A DNA stretch of 64,000 nucleotides, taken from Nitrososphaerota archaeon. GTDB lineage: Archaea > Thermoproteota > Nitrososphaeria > Nitrososphaerales > JACPRH01. The stretch is taken from NCBI GenBank assembly GCA_016190055.1, contig JACPRH010000049.1, positions 7,820 through 71,819 on the forward strand. Direction: 5' to 3'. Of the stretch, positions 39,906 to 49,326 are shown piece by piece. The number at the start of each line of letters is the position of its first letter. Position 1 is the first letter of the stretch. A program made the translations under genes and the position numbers. A model generated the notes under the pieces. The model searched no databases. It saw nothing but the letters and a program-made list of their open reading frames with translations, and was not told the DNA's origin.

Positions 39906-41078
39906 TCACTTCTCAATCAAAGCAAGTAACTTCTCAAGCTTCTCCGGGTCTTCGGTAAGCCTGTTGAGCAGTTCATCTATTTTCGATCTAGCCCTGTCCA
40001 TCTGCATTACGGTCGTATTATCCAGTGGCAATCCGCAGTTGTTGCAGAACTTGGAGTCGGCACTGCTCATAGAATGGCATTTGATGCATTCCTTGTGAGT
40101 AAGTTGCTGCTCCTCTTTCTTGGCTTCGATACCATTCAGCATGCGGTGAGCGTCGTCGATGTCTTCTCCCGCTAGCTTGATGTATACTGCTGGCATTCGC
40201 GAGCCTTGCCTCCATCCTGCAACTGCGCACAGCAACGAGTATGGGAGGACTTTGCTCGCTGGCGTCAATACTGAATGTCTGGTCAAGTAAGGGAAGAACC
40301 TTTTCTTTATTCCAGCCCTCTCAGCGCATTCCCTCAACATTGTTCTGATGGTATCGTAACTCATCACCCGATAATTGTCTCTGCGGTCTAGTGTAACCCA
40401 CACTGGTGCTTCAGGATTGTCACGCAAAGGATGCAGGTTGAGCCAGTTCGCAAGCAATGATGCAGAAGATATCACCCGAGCCGTGTCCTGCCCTACCTTC
40501 CCATCCACACGCAATCTCGCCCCCAGTTTATCAAACTCGATATCCTTGATCTGCAATCCCATTATCTCACCCAGTCTTCGTTTAGACTCTGCGAAGACAA
40601 GTATGAACGCCCTGTCCCGCATGTTGTGCGCAGCCTGAGCGATACTCGTGATTTCTTCGGCTGTCAGCAGGTCTTTCTTCTGCAACTTGTTCGCAGGCTT
40701 TTTCCCTTCCCTTATCCACTTGACTTCGGGCGGGTGTTCACCACTGTCACAGCCTTTCAGCCACTGGAAGAATTTCTTAAAGACCATCTTGTAATCGCGT
40801 TTGGTCCAGGCAGAAACATCGCGCTGCTCGATATTTGCCACGAGTTCTACTATATCATCCTTGGTCAACTCGTTAAACGGCTTCTTCGTTATCCTCGAAA
40901 TCAGTTTGAGAGTGTTGAGGCATTTCAGGATTCTTGCAGGGCTGATTCCGTCAGCCACACGTCGCCTGTGGTACTTTACCAGAACTTCCGCATCTTCTCT
41001 TCTGAGCTCTCCCTGTATCGACTGGAGTTCCTTCTCTATCTTCTCCGGATAGCGGTAGATTTGTGCTGCAAGGCTCAT
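39906..41078 (-). CDS. Second tyrosine recombinase/integrase with C-terminal zinc ribbon
   Basis: ESKRRLGEI, DGKVG, PYLTRHS, AGW, VYIKL; CIKC...FCNNCG. Confidence 0.85.
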   Translation of the reverse strand: MSLAAQIYRYPEKIEKELQSIQGELRREDAEVLVKYHRRRVADGISPARILKCLNTLKLISRITKKPFNELTKDDIVELVANIEQRDVSAWTKRDYKMVFKKFFQWLKGCDSGEHPPEVKWIREGKKPANKLQKKDLLTAEEITSIAQAAHNMRDRAFILVFAESKRRLGEIMGLQIKDIEFDKLGARLRVDGKVGQDTARVISSASLLANWLNLHPLRDNPEAPVWVTLDRRDNYRVMSYDTIRTMLRECAERAGIKKRFFPYLTRHSVLTPASKVLPYSLLCAVAGWRQGSRMPAVYIKLAGEDIDDAHRMLNGIEAKKEEQQLTHKECIKCHSMSSADSKFCNNCGLPLDNTTVMQMDRARSKIDELLNRLTEDPEKLEKLLALIEK

Positions 41079-41280
41079 ACTTCACCTTTCTTTTCATTCC
41101 TAGAGTATGTTGGGGATATGTGCCCTGCCGCTAGCGCTGGGAAGGAGGGCTGTGGCGTAGACACAAGTCCCTAACAGACTCATTTCAAATGCTTTGATAT
41201 CATATTGTGTTTCAGTTAAGAAATAGTTAACGGTTGTAGCGGAATCATACTCACATACAAACTATTTCCATATCTACTTA

Positions 41281-42435
41281 TTACGGCTGAAGCTCAATGT
41301 CCAGCACACTCTGCGGAACCTTCGCAGCATTAATCTCAACTAAATTCTTAATGTAACTTATAGAGCTTCTTTCTCCAATGAATATGAATTGATAAGCTGC
41401 GGTCTTTCGTGATTCGCTCTTTACTCTCTCTGTTTTAACTATCCTCTTTACGAAAACTCCTTTGAATTTTTGAATGAAAATATATCCGACCACGCTCTTG
41501 GCATTACTATCAAATACGGTCAAGGATGTCCAACCATTTTGGTCGGTCGATTCTTCTGAACCAAATAGGTATGGGAATAGTTTCTTTGGGCTATCTTCAA
41601 CCAATGCTGTTAGCATATGCCCACGACTGCTGACGGTGAAAAGTTGTTCGATGCTCTCTCCTGCGTTATGCTTGAGAATCAGATTGTTCTTATCGTTTTG
41701 ACGTTTCTCATTTGAGAGATTTTTTATTTCACTTGTGAGCTCGGGTGTTTCATAGACAAGAAGCGTGTCAAATGTGAACTTGGGAACCTCGACGCTAACA
41801 AGTGGTCCGATTATCCTGCCCAGAAGGTAAAGAACACTTCCTGATACCGGCAATCTTCTGAGCGAATTTTTCATTGCATATGTTTCGAAAAAGTCGAAGC
41901 CTAACGGAAACTTTTCTTCTGCCTTTGGTTCTTCAATTATATGGGCACTCATTAAGTCGTATAAATGGTAGATGAGAACAATTGGAAGCAAAACCAGAGT
42001 AGCCTGTAGCCCCAACTGGGTATAGACGAGTGTGGCGAGAAAAACTGCAGTCAGGAGAACAAAGATTGAAACACCATTGGTAACCGCCCAGAAGATAGTC
42101 TGTTTGTTTTTTGCAAAGTCTAGATCATCAAGGAGAGAATTCTGCTCCACAAATACCGAGCGCATCTTTCCGAGGACCGCCTTGTAGTCCATGGCGCTGA
42201 AAAAGTTCTGCAATGGTCCGTTGAGGATATTATTGAAACGGATTGCTGAAATGATTAGGATGATTGAGGCAATTAATGGAATAGAAAAATACGTCACATC
42301 TAATTTGGTAGCGTTACCTCCTGTACTCCAGATAGCATAGATAAAGAGAGCAGTCGTCAAGCAATATGGTATCTTCTTGAGAATTTGCTTGTTGAGTCCT
42401 TCAGACATGTAGTATTTCAGTATATCAGTTAACAC
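41281..42435 (-). CDS. Membrane protein with soluble C-terminal domain
   Basis: About four N-terminal TM segments; 384 aa. Confidence 0.65.
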   Translation of the reverse strand: MLTDILKYYMSEGLNKQILKKIPYCLTTALFIYAIWSTGGNATKLDVTYFSIPLIASIILIISAIRFNNILNGPLQNFFSAMDYKAVLGKMRSVFVEQNSLLDDLDFAKNKQTIFWAVTNGVSIFVLLTAVFLATLVYTQLGLQATLVLLPIVLIYHLYDLMSAHIIEEPKAEEKFPLGFDFFETYAMKNSLRRLPVSGSVLYLLGRIIGPLVSVEVPKFTFDTLLVYETPELTSEIKNLSNEKRQNDKNNLILKHNAGESIEQLFTVSSRGHMLTALVEDSPKKLFPYLFGSEESTDQNGWTSLTVFDSNAKSVVGYIFIQKFKGVFVKRIVKTERVKSESRKTAAYQFIFIGERSSISYIKNLVEINAAKVPQSVLDIELQP

Positions 42436-42499
42436 ACGACTACGCCTCGAACAAAATTATAGGTCTTTGCTATTTAAAGAGAACACAATGATTAGGGCA

Positions 42500-43420
42500 T
42501 TAGGCGGGATTTGGAAAGACTATAGCTGCTGCACGCTTGAACCATTCTATAAATTGCGTAAAACGCGGGCTTTGCTCAATGATGCTTACCGGAATTGTAT
42601 GCATAAGGCCGTGACGTGAGTAGTATATTGACAGATGTGAAACTTTTGTTTGGCCGAGTGTACCGTCAATTCCTCCAATTTTAGATAGGATGTAGTAGCC
42701 GATCAGCTGGTTGTAGTGGTCTCGGGTGAACGCGAGGTTTTTGGTTGTCTTGATGTCTATGAGGTTACCATCTATCAGCAAATCCGCATCAGCAGCTCCA
42801 ACAAGTTTCGAACCTGCTCCAAATGTAGGGTTCAAGACACAGTAAGTCTTGGCTCGGAACTTCTCAGCGTCTACTACGTTCAACAGATTGCGCATATCCG
42901 CTATATCACCGTCAAGGACGTTGCCAAGATTCGGATCAACTACACCTGCCCTGTAGATAGGATCTAGTTGCGCTAGTAATATTGCCGCCCTGATAATGTC
43001 GTCATTGATTTCGCCGCATTTGACATAGTCTGCATGAATGGTTTTTGCCCGGGTTAGGATGTCATTCGTCTTCCTGAAGAGCTCTGCATCTTCCCTTATT
43101 TGTTCCGCATCTAACCGTTCTGAGCTTTCTTCGATAAGTTTACTTTCCGATATCGCTTTGATAAGTTCAACCGCATTTTCTGCGGTCGACCTGTACATTT
43201 CAACTGCCCCTTCTGCAATCCATGATCTTGTTACAGAATCCGGGTTCAATCGTTGAAGATAGAACCTCAGCAAGTAGTCGAATGCTGTTCCGATCAATGG
43301 GTAATTCTTCGTGATTGGTGGAGCACGCATGGGCGCAGAGAGTTTCGCGCTCGGCAGAGGAAATTCTGCTGCAAACATCTGTTTGACAGCGGGTATTGAA
43401 AGAAAGCTGGTTAGGCTCAT
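42500..43420 (-). CDS. PD-(D/E)XK nuclease-like protein
   Basis: IGTAFDYLLR, ADADLLIDGNLIDIKTTK, NQLIGY; start taken at MSLTSF (track ORF extends to 43600). Confidence 0.65.
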   Translation of the reverse strand: MSLTSFLSIPAVKQMFAAEFPLPSAKLSAPMRAPPITKNYPLIGTAFDYLLRFYLQRLNPDSVTRSWIAEGAVEMYRSTAENAVELIKAISESKLIEESSERLDAEQIREDAELFRKTNDILTRAKTIHADYVKCGEINDDIIRAAILLAQLDPIYRAGVVDPNLGNVLDGDIADMRNLLNVVDAEKFRAKTYCVLNPTFGAGSKLVGAADADLLIDGNLIDIKTTKNLAFTRDHYNQLIGYYILSKIGGIDGTLGQTKVSHLSIYYSRHGLMHTIPVSIIEQSPRFTQFIEWFKRAAAIVFPNPA

Positions 43421-43466
43421 TGTAACATCATCCTGCCTTGTAACTGTATACTCAACCAAGAAATAG

Positions 43467-44147
43467 TCAGTGGTTCTCAGTCGTCTCATTGTCGTTTCTT
43501 TTTCCACGGTTGCATTCGTAGCAAAGAGTCTGTAAATTATTGAGATTGTTGTTCCCACCTTTAGAAATAGGTATTTTGTGGTCAACTTCCAACTTGGCAC
43601 CGATGCCAGAGCGACCGCATAAAACGCACGTGAACTGGTCTCTCTTTAGCACAAGAAACCTTCTTCTTATCGAGATTTCCTTTCTATATGGTTTAGATTT
43701 GCCATCTTCATTGAGGTTCTCGTTTTGTTCTTGCGTGTCTTTTTTGTCTACGGAATTGTACGCAAGAATCAACGCCTTTTTCCAGCTTCCAAACCTTCTC
43801 CTGTATGTATCCTGACAGTAGGGGAAGCCATACCCTTTAAGATCGGAAGCAAAAGGTCTTCGCCCTTCTTTTTCAAGGGTTGTTGTCCATAGTTCAATAA
43901 CGGCGTTTATCAGTTCCTCATCAGTTGTGTTGACGCGTCTGCTTGGTTTCAAGCCTGCTTGCAAAAGCGCGTCGGAAAAGGAACCAAATTTTTTGAAATA
44001 AGTTGTCCATCCAGCTCGTCCATACTTGTCTATGTCAGACTTTGTGACAGACCTGTCTCCTACAATTTTTTGGATTCGTTTTAATTCCTCGATAAGGGAT
44101 TGCTTGTCATAATCTTCCAAAAAGTCGATTTGAAATTTCTCAGGCAC
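43467..44147 (-). CDS. HNH endonuclease with two N-terminal homing-endonuclease-associated repeats
   Basis: KFGSFSDAL and RFGSWKKAL repeats; RDQFTCVLCG...EVDHKIP...GG...NLQTLCYECNRGK. Confidence 0.85.
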   Translation of the reverse strand: MPEKFQIDFLEDYDKQSLIEELKRIQKIVGDRSVTKSDIDKYGRAGWTTYFKKFGSFSDALLQAGLKPSRRVNTTDEELINAVIELWTTTLEKEGRRPFASDLKGYGFPYCQDTYRRRFGSWKKALILAYNSVDKKDTQEQNENLNEDGKSKPYRKEISIRRRFLVLKRDQFTCVLCGRSGIGAKLEVDHKIPISKGGNNNLNNLQTLCYECNRGKRNDNETTENH

Positions 44148-44242
44148 ACTGTAGTGTTGTGTATGAATGTATATATTGTCTTCTTGATATTATTCGAAGA
44201 ACAAATAGTCTATATACGTTGGTAGGGCTGAATATTTGATAT

Positions 44243-44668
44243 ATGCCCTTAGAAACAGTCCTGTCGCTGTTAAGCCTTGTCGGTGTAGGCGGAATAGTAG
44301 CCGCCTTTTTCACGTATTTTTGGCAAAAGAGGAAAGACATTCTACTGAAAGAAAATGAGTTGAAAGAGAAGAGATATCTTTGCATCCTTCTTCTAATGTA
44401 TGCTCACATTGACCCAAAAGCGTTTGAAAGCCTGAAACCATACAGGCCAGACATAAAAAGCAAGGACGACTTAAAAAGAGAGTTGAATACAGAATGGGTA
44501 AACTCTTGGATATTTGCAAGTGATGACACAATAAAATCATTCAAAAAATTCCTTAATGAACCGACAGAGAATAGCTTCGCTGAAACTGTTCTCGCTATGC
44601 GTAAAGAATTATGGGGCAAAAAATCAAATCTACCTAGATCAACATTCTCGCTAGAGGCATTACACTGA
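44243..44668 (+). CDS. Hypothetical protein with an N-terminal TM helix
   Basis: 141 aa. Confidence 0.6.
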   Translation: MPLETVLSLLSLVGVGGIVAAFFTYFWQKRKDILLKENELKEKRYLCILLLMYAHIDPKAFESLKPYRPDIKSKDDLKRELNTEWVNSWIFASDDTIKSFKKFLNEPTENSFAETVLAMRKELWGKKSNLPRSTFSLEALH

Positions 44669-44762
44669 CCTACTGATTGATCTTCGGCTGGCCGATACCA
44701 AACATCTCTAGCGGAACTACACTCCCGTTAGCAATAAGCTACTCCAACCTCAACTCTTCATA

Positions 44763-45749
44763 GTGAAAGACCCGATTCTCGTTGATGAAAACTCGCTGCA
44801 CGAGGCGTTTATTCCCACGAACATGCCATTCAGGGAAGGGCACCTAAAGGAGATATTGCAGCATCTCAAGCCTGCGCTGCACAAACAGGACGCAAGGAAT
44901 GTCCTGCTGACAGGCCCGACAGGCACGGGCAAAACCACACTCGCCAAATGGATTCTCGCCGAGCACTTCCCACGCAGGCACGCCTATGTCAACTGCTTGA
45001 ACACGAGAAGCGAGCATAAGATATTGGAGAGCATTCTGATCCAGCTCGGACATGTCATTCCTGAAAACAAGCCTACTGATTATCTGGCACAGAAGTTTGA
45101 GAAGAAGGTAGAGAAGGGAACCATAGTCTGCTTGGATGAAGTGGACCAGATTAAGGATGAGCGCATTCTTGCAACCTTGTCATCCCAGCTGAGCGGCTTG
45201 GTGTTGATAACCAATCGGGGGAGGTTCTTCGATGGTCTGGATAGTAGGATTAGTTCGAGGTTGTTTGCTGCGGACATAGAATTCAGGAAATACGCTTCTT
45301 CAGAGCTTATGGAAATATTAGAAGAGCGTGCAGGTTGTGCGTTGAGACCCGATTCCATTACTCCAAGAATTCTAGAACTAATCTCAATGTGGGCTAATGG
45401 AGATGCAAGGGTCGCTCTGCAAACATTGAAAGCTAGCGCCAAACTGGCTGAAGCAAAGCAGCGGGAATGTATAACGCTAGATGAAGTGAAGGAGGCGTTT
45501 GGGTCGGCTAGAATCTCAAAGCGTGAGTACCTGAAATCAAAGCTGAATGAGCATCAGAAAGTTCTCCTGAACATCATTGAGAGGCGAAAGAATGTTCCGT
45601 CAGGTGAATTATGGCAGGAATATCAGGGTATGGTTAGTGAGCCTTTGGGAGAGCGAGCCTATCGAAACCAAATGGATGATTTAGTGAAGGTGGGACTTGT
45701 GAAGGACAGTGGAGATGGAAGATGGAAGAGATATGAGGTAAACGGATAA
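44763..45749 (+). CDS. cdc6: Cdc6/Orc1-family AAA+ ATPase with winged helix
   Basis: PFREGHL, GPTGTGKT, YVNC, LDEVD, LDSRISSR, GDARVAL; C-terminal wH. Confidence 0.85.
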   Translation: MKDPILVDENSLHEAFIPTNMPFREGHLKEILQHLKPALHKQDARNVLLTGPTGTGKTTLAKWILAEHFPRRHAYVNCLNTRSEHKILESILIQLGHVIPENKPTDYLAQKFEKKVEKGTIVCLDEVDQIKDERILATLSSQLSGLVLITNRGRFFDGLDSRISSRLFAADIEFRKYASSELMEILEERAGCALRPDSITPRILELISMWANGDARVALQTLKASAKLAEAKQRECITLDEVKEAFGSARISKREYLKSKLNEHQKVLLNIIERRKNVPSGELWQEYQGMVSEPLGERAYRNQMDDLVKVGLVKDSGDGRWKRYEVNG

Positions 45750-45753
45750 CATC

Positions 45754-47787
45754 CTATTTTGTCTTGGTTTTTTCTGGTAATGCAGTTTCATCAGTTTCCG
45801 GCGATGCGGTTATTCTCTTGAATATCTCTCTGATGTCTCCGGAGATTTCGGTTTCTCTCATGTTAAGTGCAATTTGCGCACCTAGATCCCCATTATAACC
45901 TTGTATACCTCCTCTTTTTAGCAGTAAGTCCAAAACAACCTTTCTATCCTTCTTCGTTTTGTAGGATTCAAGAAAACTTTCTATTTCCTTCTCTGAGAGA
46001 TTAAAGTTAGGAAACGCTCGTAGAATCGCGATGGGAACGAGTAGGTAGTCTTCGATAGAGTCAGCTTTCAACGTGTTTATGTTTTCTTCTCGGAGGTCAA
46101 GTTGTTTTACGAGTTTGTCCTTAACATCTTTCAGTTTTCCGTCTTCTGTATCTCCATCGAAGATTACAAATGGTGTTACCTTTATCCTGCGCGAACCTAA
46201 TATTCTCGCATTCGCATAGTATTCCATATTGTTCCAGCCCTCGGTGTCAATGAAGCCTATATTTCCGGAACTCTTAAAGCGCCTAGCCCAAGCATTGAAT
46301 ATTTTTACGTCGTCTTGTCCTTCGACAAAAACTACAGTATCGTAATCCAGAATGTCTGCGGGTTTTATCCCCAATTCATCAATGATTCTGTTTACATTTC
46401 CCTCATTAACTTGTTCCACAGTAGTCCTTCCTTCCTCATCCTTGGATACAATAAATACGCCCGCAAGATCGAGTTTAGACGCAAAAATCGGGCTGTGACT
46501 TGAAACCATAACCTGCGTTTTGCTGGATAGTTCTCGAAGGTAAGATAATAGCAGGCGTTGAAGCTTAGGGTGTAAATGAATCTCAGGTTCTTCAACAATT
46601 AGAATCGCGTTGACATCAAATGTTTCTTTTACAATCCCCATTATTGACTGCTCTCCTCCACCTATTTCCGATGGTTGTAATCCTAGGTCGCCCTCCTTCA
46701 GAAGGACTTGGTTTGGATTCGGCTCGACTCTGCGATTCAACAACTGCTGAAGATATGCCCTGTACTGTTCCCAACTTTTCTCTATCGGCCTTCGTCTATC
46801 GATAGACATTGCAGTGATATTTTGGAGAACGGTAGGTTCTACAAGAGAAACCCTTTGGCCAGCTGATGTCTTCACGTCTCTAGCCGCCGGAATTAACTTA
46901 AATTTGGTTCGTATCTGAGTTATTCCAGAAATGATCTTTTGTAAAGTTTCAGGCGATAAGATCCCTAATATTGGAACCTCAGAAGCTGAAGGTGAGGCGA
47001 TTAGTATTTTCTCCTTTTTCCCCCACTCTTGATAGTTTTGACCAGCATTCTCTGTTGAAGATTCTATCAAGCCTGCACTTACCAATTGGTCTATTTGGGG
47101 TGTACTTGTAAACGCCTTCTTGCGCTTAGTATCTACAAGTAACCTATCACCGCCAATATTTTCCTGTGAATTACCTTGAGTGAAGAAATACATCTTATAG
47201 TCCTTAAAGGATTCGGGCGCTAAGTAGTGAGATAACTTGTCAGGAGAAATCAAAACATCGTTCTCGACAAGCGGGATGTCACCCCATTGCAACAGTTCGG
47301 TCATCCAGCTTCCTTGTGCAGAAAGACTTCGTTTTATCTTGAGTTTATGCAGACTTGCATTCACTTTTTCATCTAAAGTATCAAAATACGACTTGTCCAA
47401 AGGAAGATATTGTCTTAATTCCGTCTTATCCATGACGAGGTCAATCTCAAACTTTATTGGCGATTCAGCTTCACGCCTGAACCACAACGAATCTGACAAG
47501 CCTGCTGAAGCTCCACCAGCGATTGGGTTAAAATCAACGAAGAATCTGTAAAGCGCTTCAAAAATCAACGATTTGCCCTGACCATTTGCACCTATCAAAA
47601 CCGAAAATGCTTGTGGCTCAAACGTCAAATTCTTCAAACTCGCGTAACCATCGATGGAAACAAAAGTTATTCGCATAATCGAGTATTTTTGAATTGAAAG
47701 ATTTAAGTATATCGGAAAATCTAATTTTCTAGTCAAGTTCAGAGATATATCCCTAAAATACGAACCGCGTCTCGTCTTTAGAAACAT
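45754..47787 (-). CDS. OLD-family ATP-dependent nuclease (ABC ATPase plus TOPRIM)
   Basis: GANGQGKS, EEPEIHLHP, SSHSP, VFVEGQDD, IFDGD, SIEDYL; probable start at the Met near 47676. Confidence 0.85.
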   Translation of the reverse strand: MFLKTRRGSYFRDISLNLTRKLDFPIYLNLSIQKYSIMRITFVSIDGYASLKNLTFEPQAFSVLIGANGQGKSLIFEALYRFFVDFNPIAGGASAGLSDSLWFRREAESPIKFEIDLVMDKTELRQYLPLDKSYFDTLDEKVNASLHKLKIKRSLSAQGSWMTELLQWGDIPLVENDVLISPDKLSHYLAPESFKDYKMYFFTQGNSQENIGGDRLLVDTKRKKAFTSTPQIDQLVSAGLIESSTENAGQNYQEWGKKEKILIASPSASEVPILGILSPETLQKIISGITQIRTKFKLIPAARDVKTSAGQRVSLVEPTVLQNITAMSIDRRRPIEKSWEQYRAYLQQLLNRRVEPNPNQVLLKEGDLGLQPSEIGGGEQSIMGIVKETFDVNAILIVEEPEIHLHPKLQRLLLSYLRELSSKTQVMVSSHSPIFASKLDLAGVFIVSKDEEGRTTVEQVNEGNVNRIIDELGIKPADILDYDTVVFVEGQDDVKIFNAWARRFKSSGNIGFIDTEGWNNMEYYANARILGSRRIKVTPFVIFDGDTEDGKLKDVKDKLVKQLDLREENINTLKADSIEDYLLVPIAILRAFPNFNLSEKEIESFLESYKTKKDRKVVLDLLLKRGGIQGYNGDLGAQIALNMRETEISGDIREIFKRITASPETDETALPEKTKTK

Positions 47788-47890
47788 CTCTAAAATGATG
47801 ATGGGCCAATGTCCCCGGCCAAATAGGGAGAGAGGATTGTTATATGGTATGGCAAGTGTTAGACTGTATTGAGCTACGGCGAAACATACT

Positions 47891-49165
47891 TTATGTTGGC
47901 AGTTTCACTATCGCTTCCCCGTCAGGCAGTTGGGCGACGTATTCCCATCCCTGACCGATGAAATCCTTTACCTGCGCCACAGGGACTACTTTCTGCCGGT
48001 TTCCGTTGTTTGTCAATGCGCCCAGCAGCCTTTCCCTAACCTTCTGTTGTACTTCTTCGTCGGCCATACTATCAAGGTTCATTTGTTCAATTTCCTCTTT
48101 CTTGAAACCTGCGATCATTAGCAATTGTTCTTTGAAGGCATGCTTGATCTTGTCATCTATCGGTTCTGATTTGGTGGTCTGAAGCAACTGCTCGCATCTC
48201 TTGTACGACGCACGCATCTCTTCGATCATATCTGGCGGGAGCCTTCCCTTATTCGTCGAATACCTAGCCTCAATGTCGCCCTTGTGTCCCATGAAGAACT
48301 GTCTCCATGGATGAGAAAGCAGGCCCTTGCTCTCACCTATGTCAAATGCTGTTGCACAGTATGAACGCAGAACATACGGCCTCCAGGAGTAACCCGCCTT
48401 CGTGATGGCGCGCTTGACATACGAAGTGAGTTTGGTTGTGCGCAGGAAGTTCAGCTTGTTGGGTCTGAGATGCCCGACCAGAGGGCTCTCACTGTTCAGC
48501 TCCTCTCCTTCTCTTATCCTTGCTTCTAAGTATTCCTTGAGATATTGGCATCCCTCTTCTGGCAGGAAGGTAAAGTATTGATGCCTTGCTTTGCTCAAGG
48601 TCTTCCTGACGGTAATCAGCAGTGGAGTTTTCTCTATGACGATCTTGCCTCCTTCAATGCGTAGCTCAGGGACATCCTTCAGCCTAATTCCATCATTTCC
48701 CAAGTAGTTGCCGATACTCTCAGGCCTCAAACCTGAAAAACCCATCAGCGACGCTGTCACTCTGCTCCTATTGTCACAGTGCCTCAAAATGGAGGCGAGC
48801 TCCTCCTTGCTCGGAACAATTTCATCCACGTAATCTGCAACAGGGAGCTTGATCTTGCTCTCAATCTTCAACCCATAGTGACCCAACCAAGACTTCACGG
48901 TCACCAAGTTGTTCTTTACCTGAGTTGGCTTGTCTCCCCTGACAAACGATTGGTCAACAAAATCCAAGATAAACTTCTCAAAGCCCTCAGGATCAGCCCG
49001 CTTCATCTCAATCAAGTCCTGCGGAGTTTTTCCGACAAGATCACAGAACCGACCCAACCGTCTGAGCCGCTCCTCAGCAGTTATCACGCTCCCCCGTGCC
49101 ACGTTGTTGAACCAGCGCTGGATGTCAGGTTGGTTCAAAAGATGCTTATGCCGACTTTTAGCCAC
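47891..49165 (-). CDS. Tyrosine integrase of the tRNA-Gly element
   Basis: SGLRPE (R), SKARH (K), RPYVLRSY, FMGH, ARYS (Y); intact and adjacent to the tRNA. Confidence 0.9.
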   Translation of the reverse strand: MAKSRHKHLLNQPDIQRWFNNVARGSVITAEERLRRLGRFCDLVGKTPQDLIEMKRADPEGFEKFILDFVDQSFVRGDKPTQVKNNLVTVKSWLGHYGLKIESKIKLPVADYVDEIVPSKEELASILRHCDNRSRVTASLMGFSGLRPESIGNYLGNDGIRLKDVPELRIEGGKIVIEKTPLLITVRKTLSKARHQYFTFLPEEGCQYLKEYLEARIREGEELNSESPLVGHLRPNKLNFLRTTKLTSYVKRAITKAGYSWRPYVLRSYCATAFDIGESKGLLSHPWRQFFMGHKGDIEARYSTNKGRLPPDMIEEMRASYKRCEQLLQTTKSEPIDDKIKHAFKEQLLMIAGFKKEEIEQMNLDSMADEEVQQKVRERLLGALTNNGNRQKVVPVAQVKDFIGQGWEYVAQLPDGEAIVKLPT

Positions 49166-49218
49166 CGTCCCGCCTCTGCCACCTAAGAGGCTCTGCGGTA
49201 TTTATACTTAGTTGAGAG

Positions 49219-49293
49219 TGCGGTCGACGGGATTTGAACCCGTGTTCTCAGCTTGGAGGGCTGACGTCCTGGACCAGGCTGGACGACGACCGC
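49219..49293 (-). tRNA. tRNA-Gly(TCC), no intron, CCA not encoded
   Basis: Cloverleaf: acceptor GCGGTCG/CGACCGC-A, D stem GTCC/GGAC, anticodon stem TCAGC/GCTGA with loop CCTCCAA, T arm ACGGG-TTCAAAT-CCCGT. Confidence 0.92.
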
Positions 49294-49326
49294 CGTAGGC
49301 ACCCTGAATCTTCGGTAGTCATAAAG

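Larger units (their letters stand above)
12082..49232. mobile_element. ~37 kb integrative element inserted at tRNA-Gly (ICE-like, possibly composite)
   Basis: 14-bp direct repeat of the tRNA 3' end at both ends; integrase starts ~50 bp from the tRNA; contains transfer ATPases, Cdc6 and defence cargo. Confidence 0.85.

Noticed and set aside
41237-44724. Similar 16-mers TAGCGGAATCATACTC (41237) and TAGCGGAACTACACTC (44709) as origin boxes or att sites
   Set aside because: Only two loose copies, not ORB-like; chance similarity cannot be excluded.
45754-47787. Gabija system
   Set aside because: No adjacent UvrD-like GajB gene.
47891-49293. SSV1-type split integrase
   Set aside because: The integrase ORF is intact and does not overlap the tRNA/att sequence.
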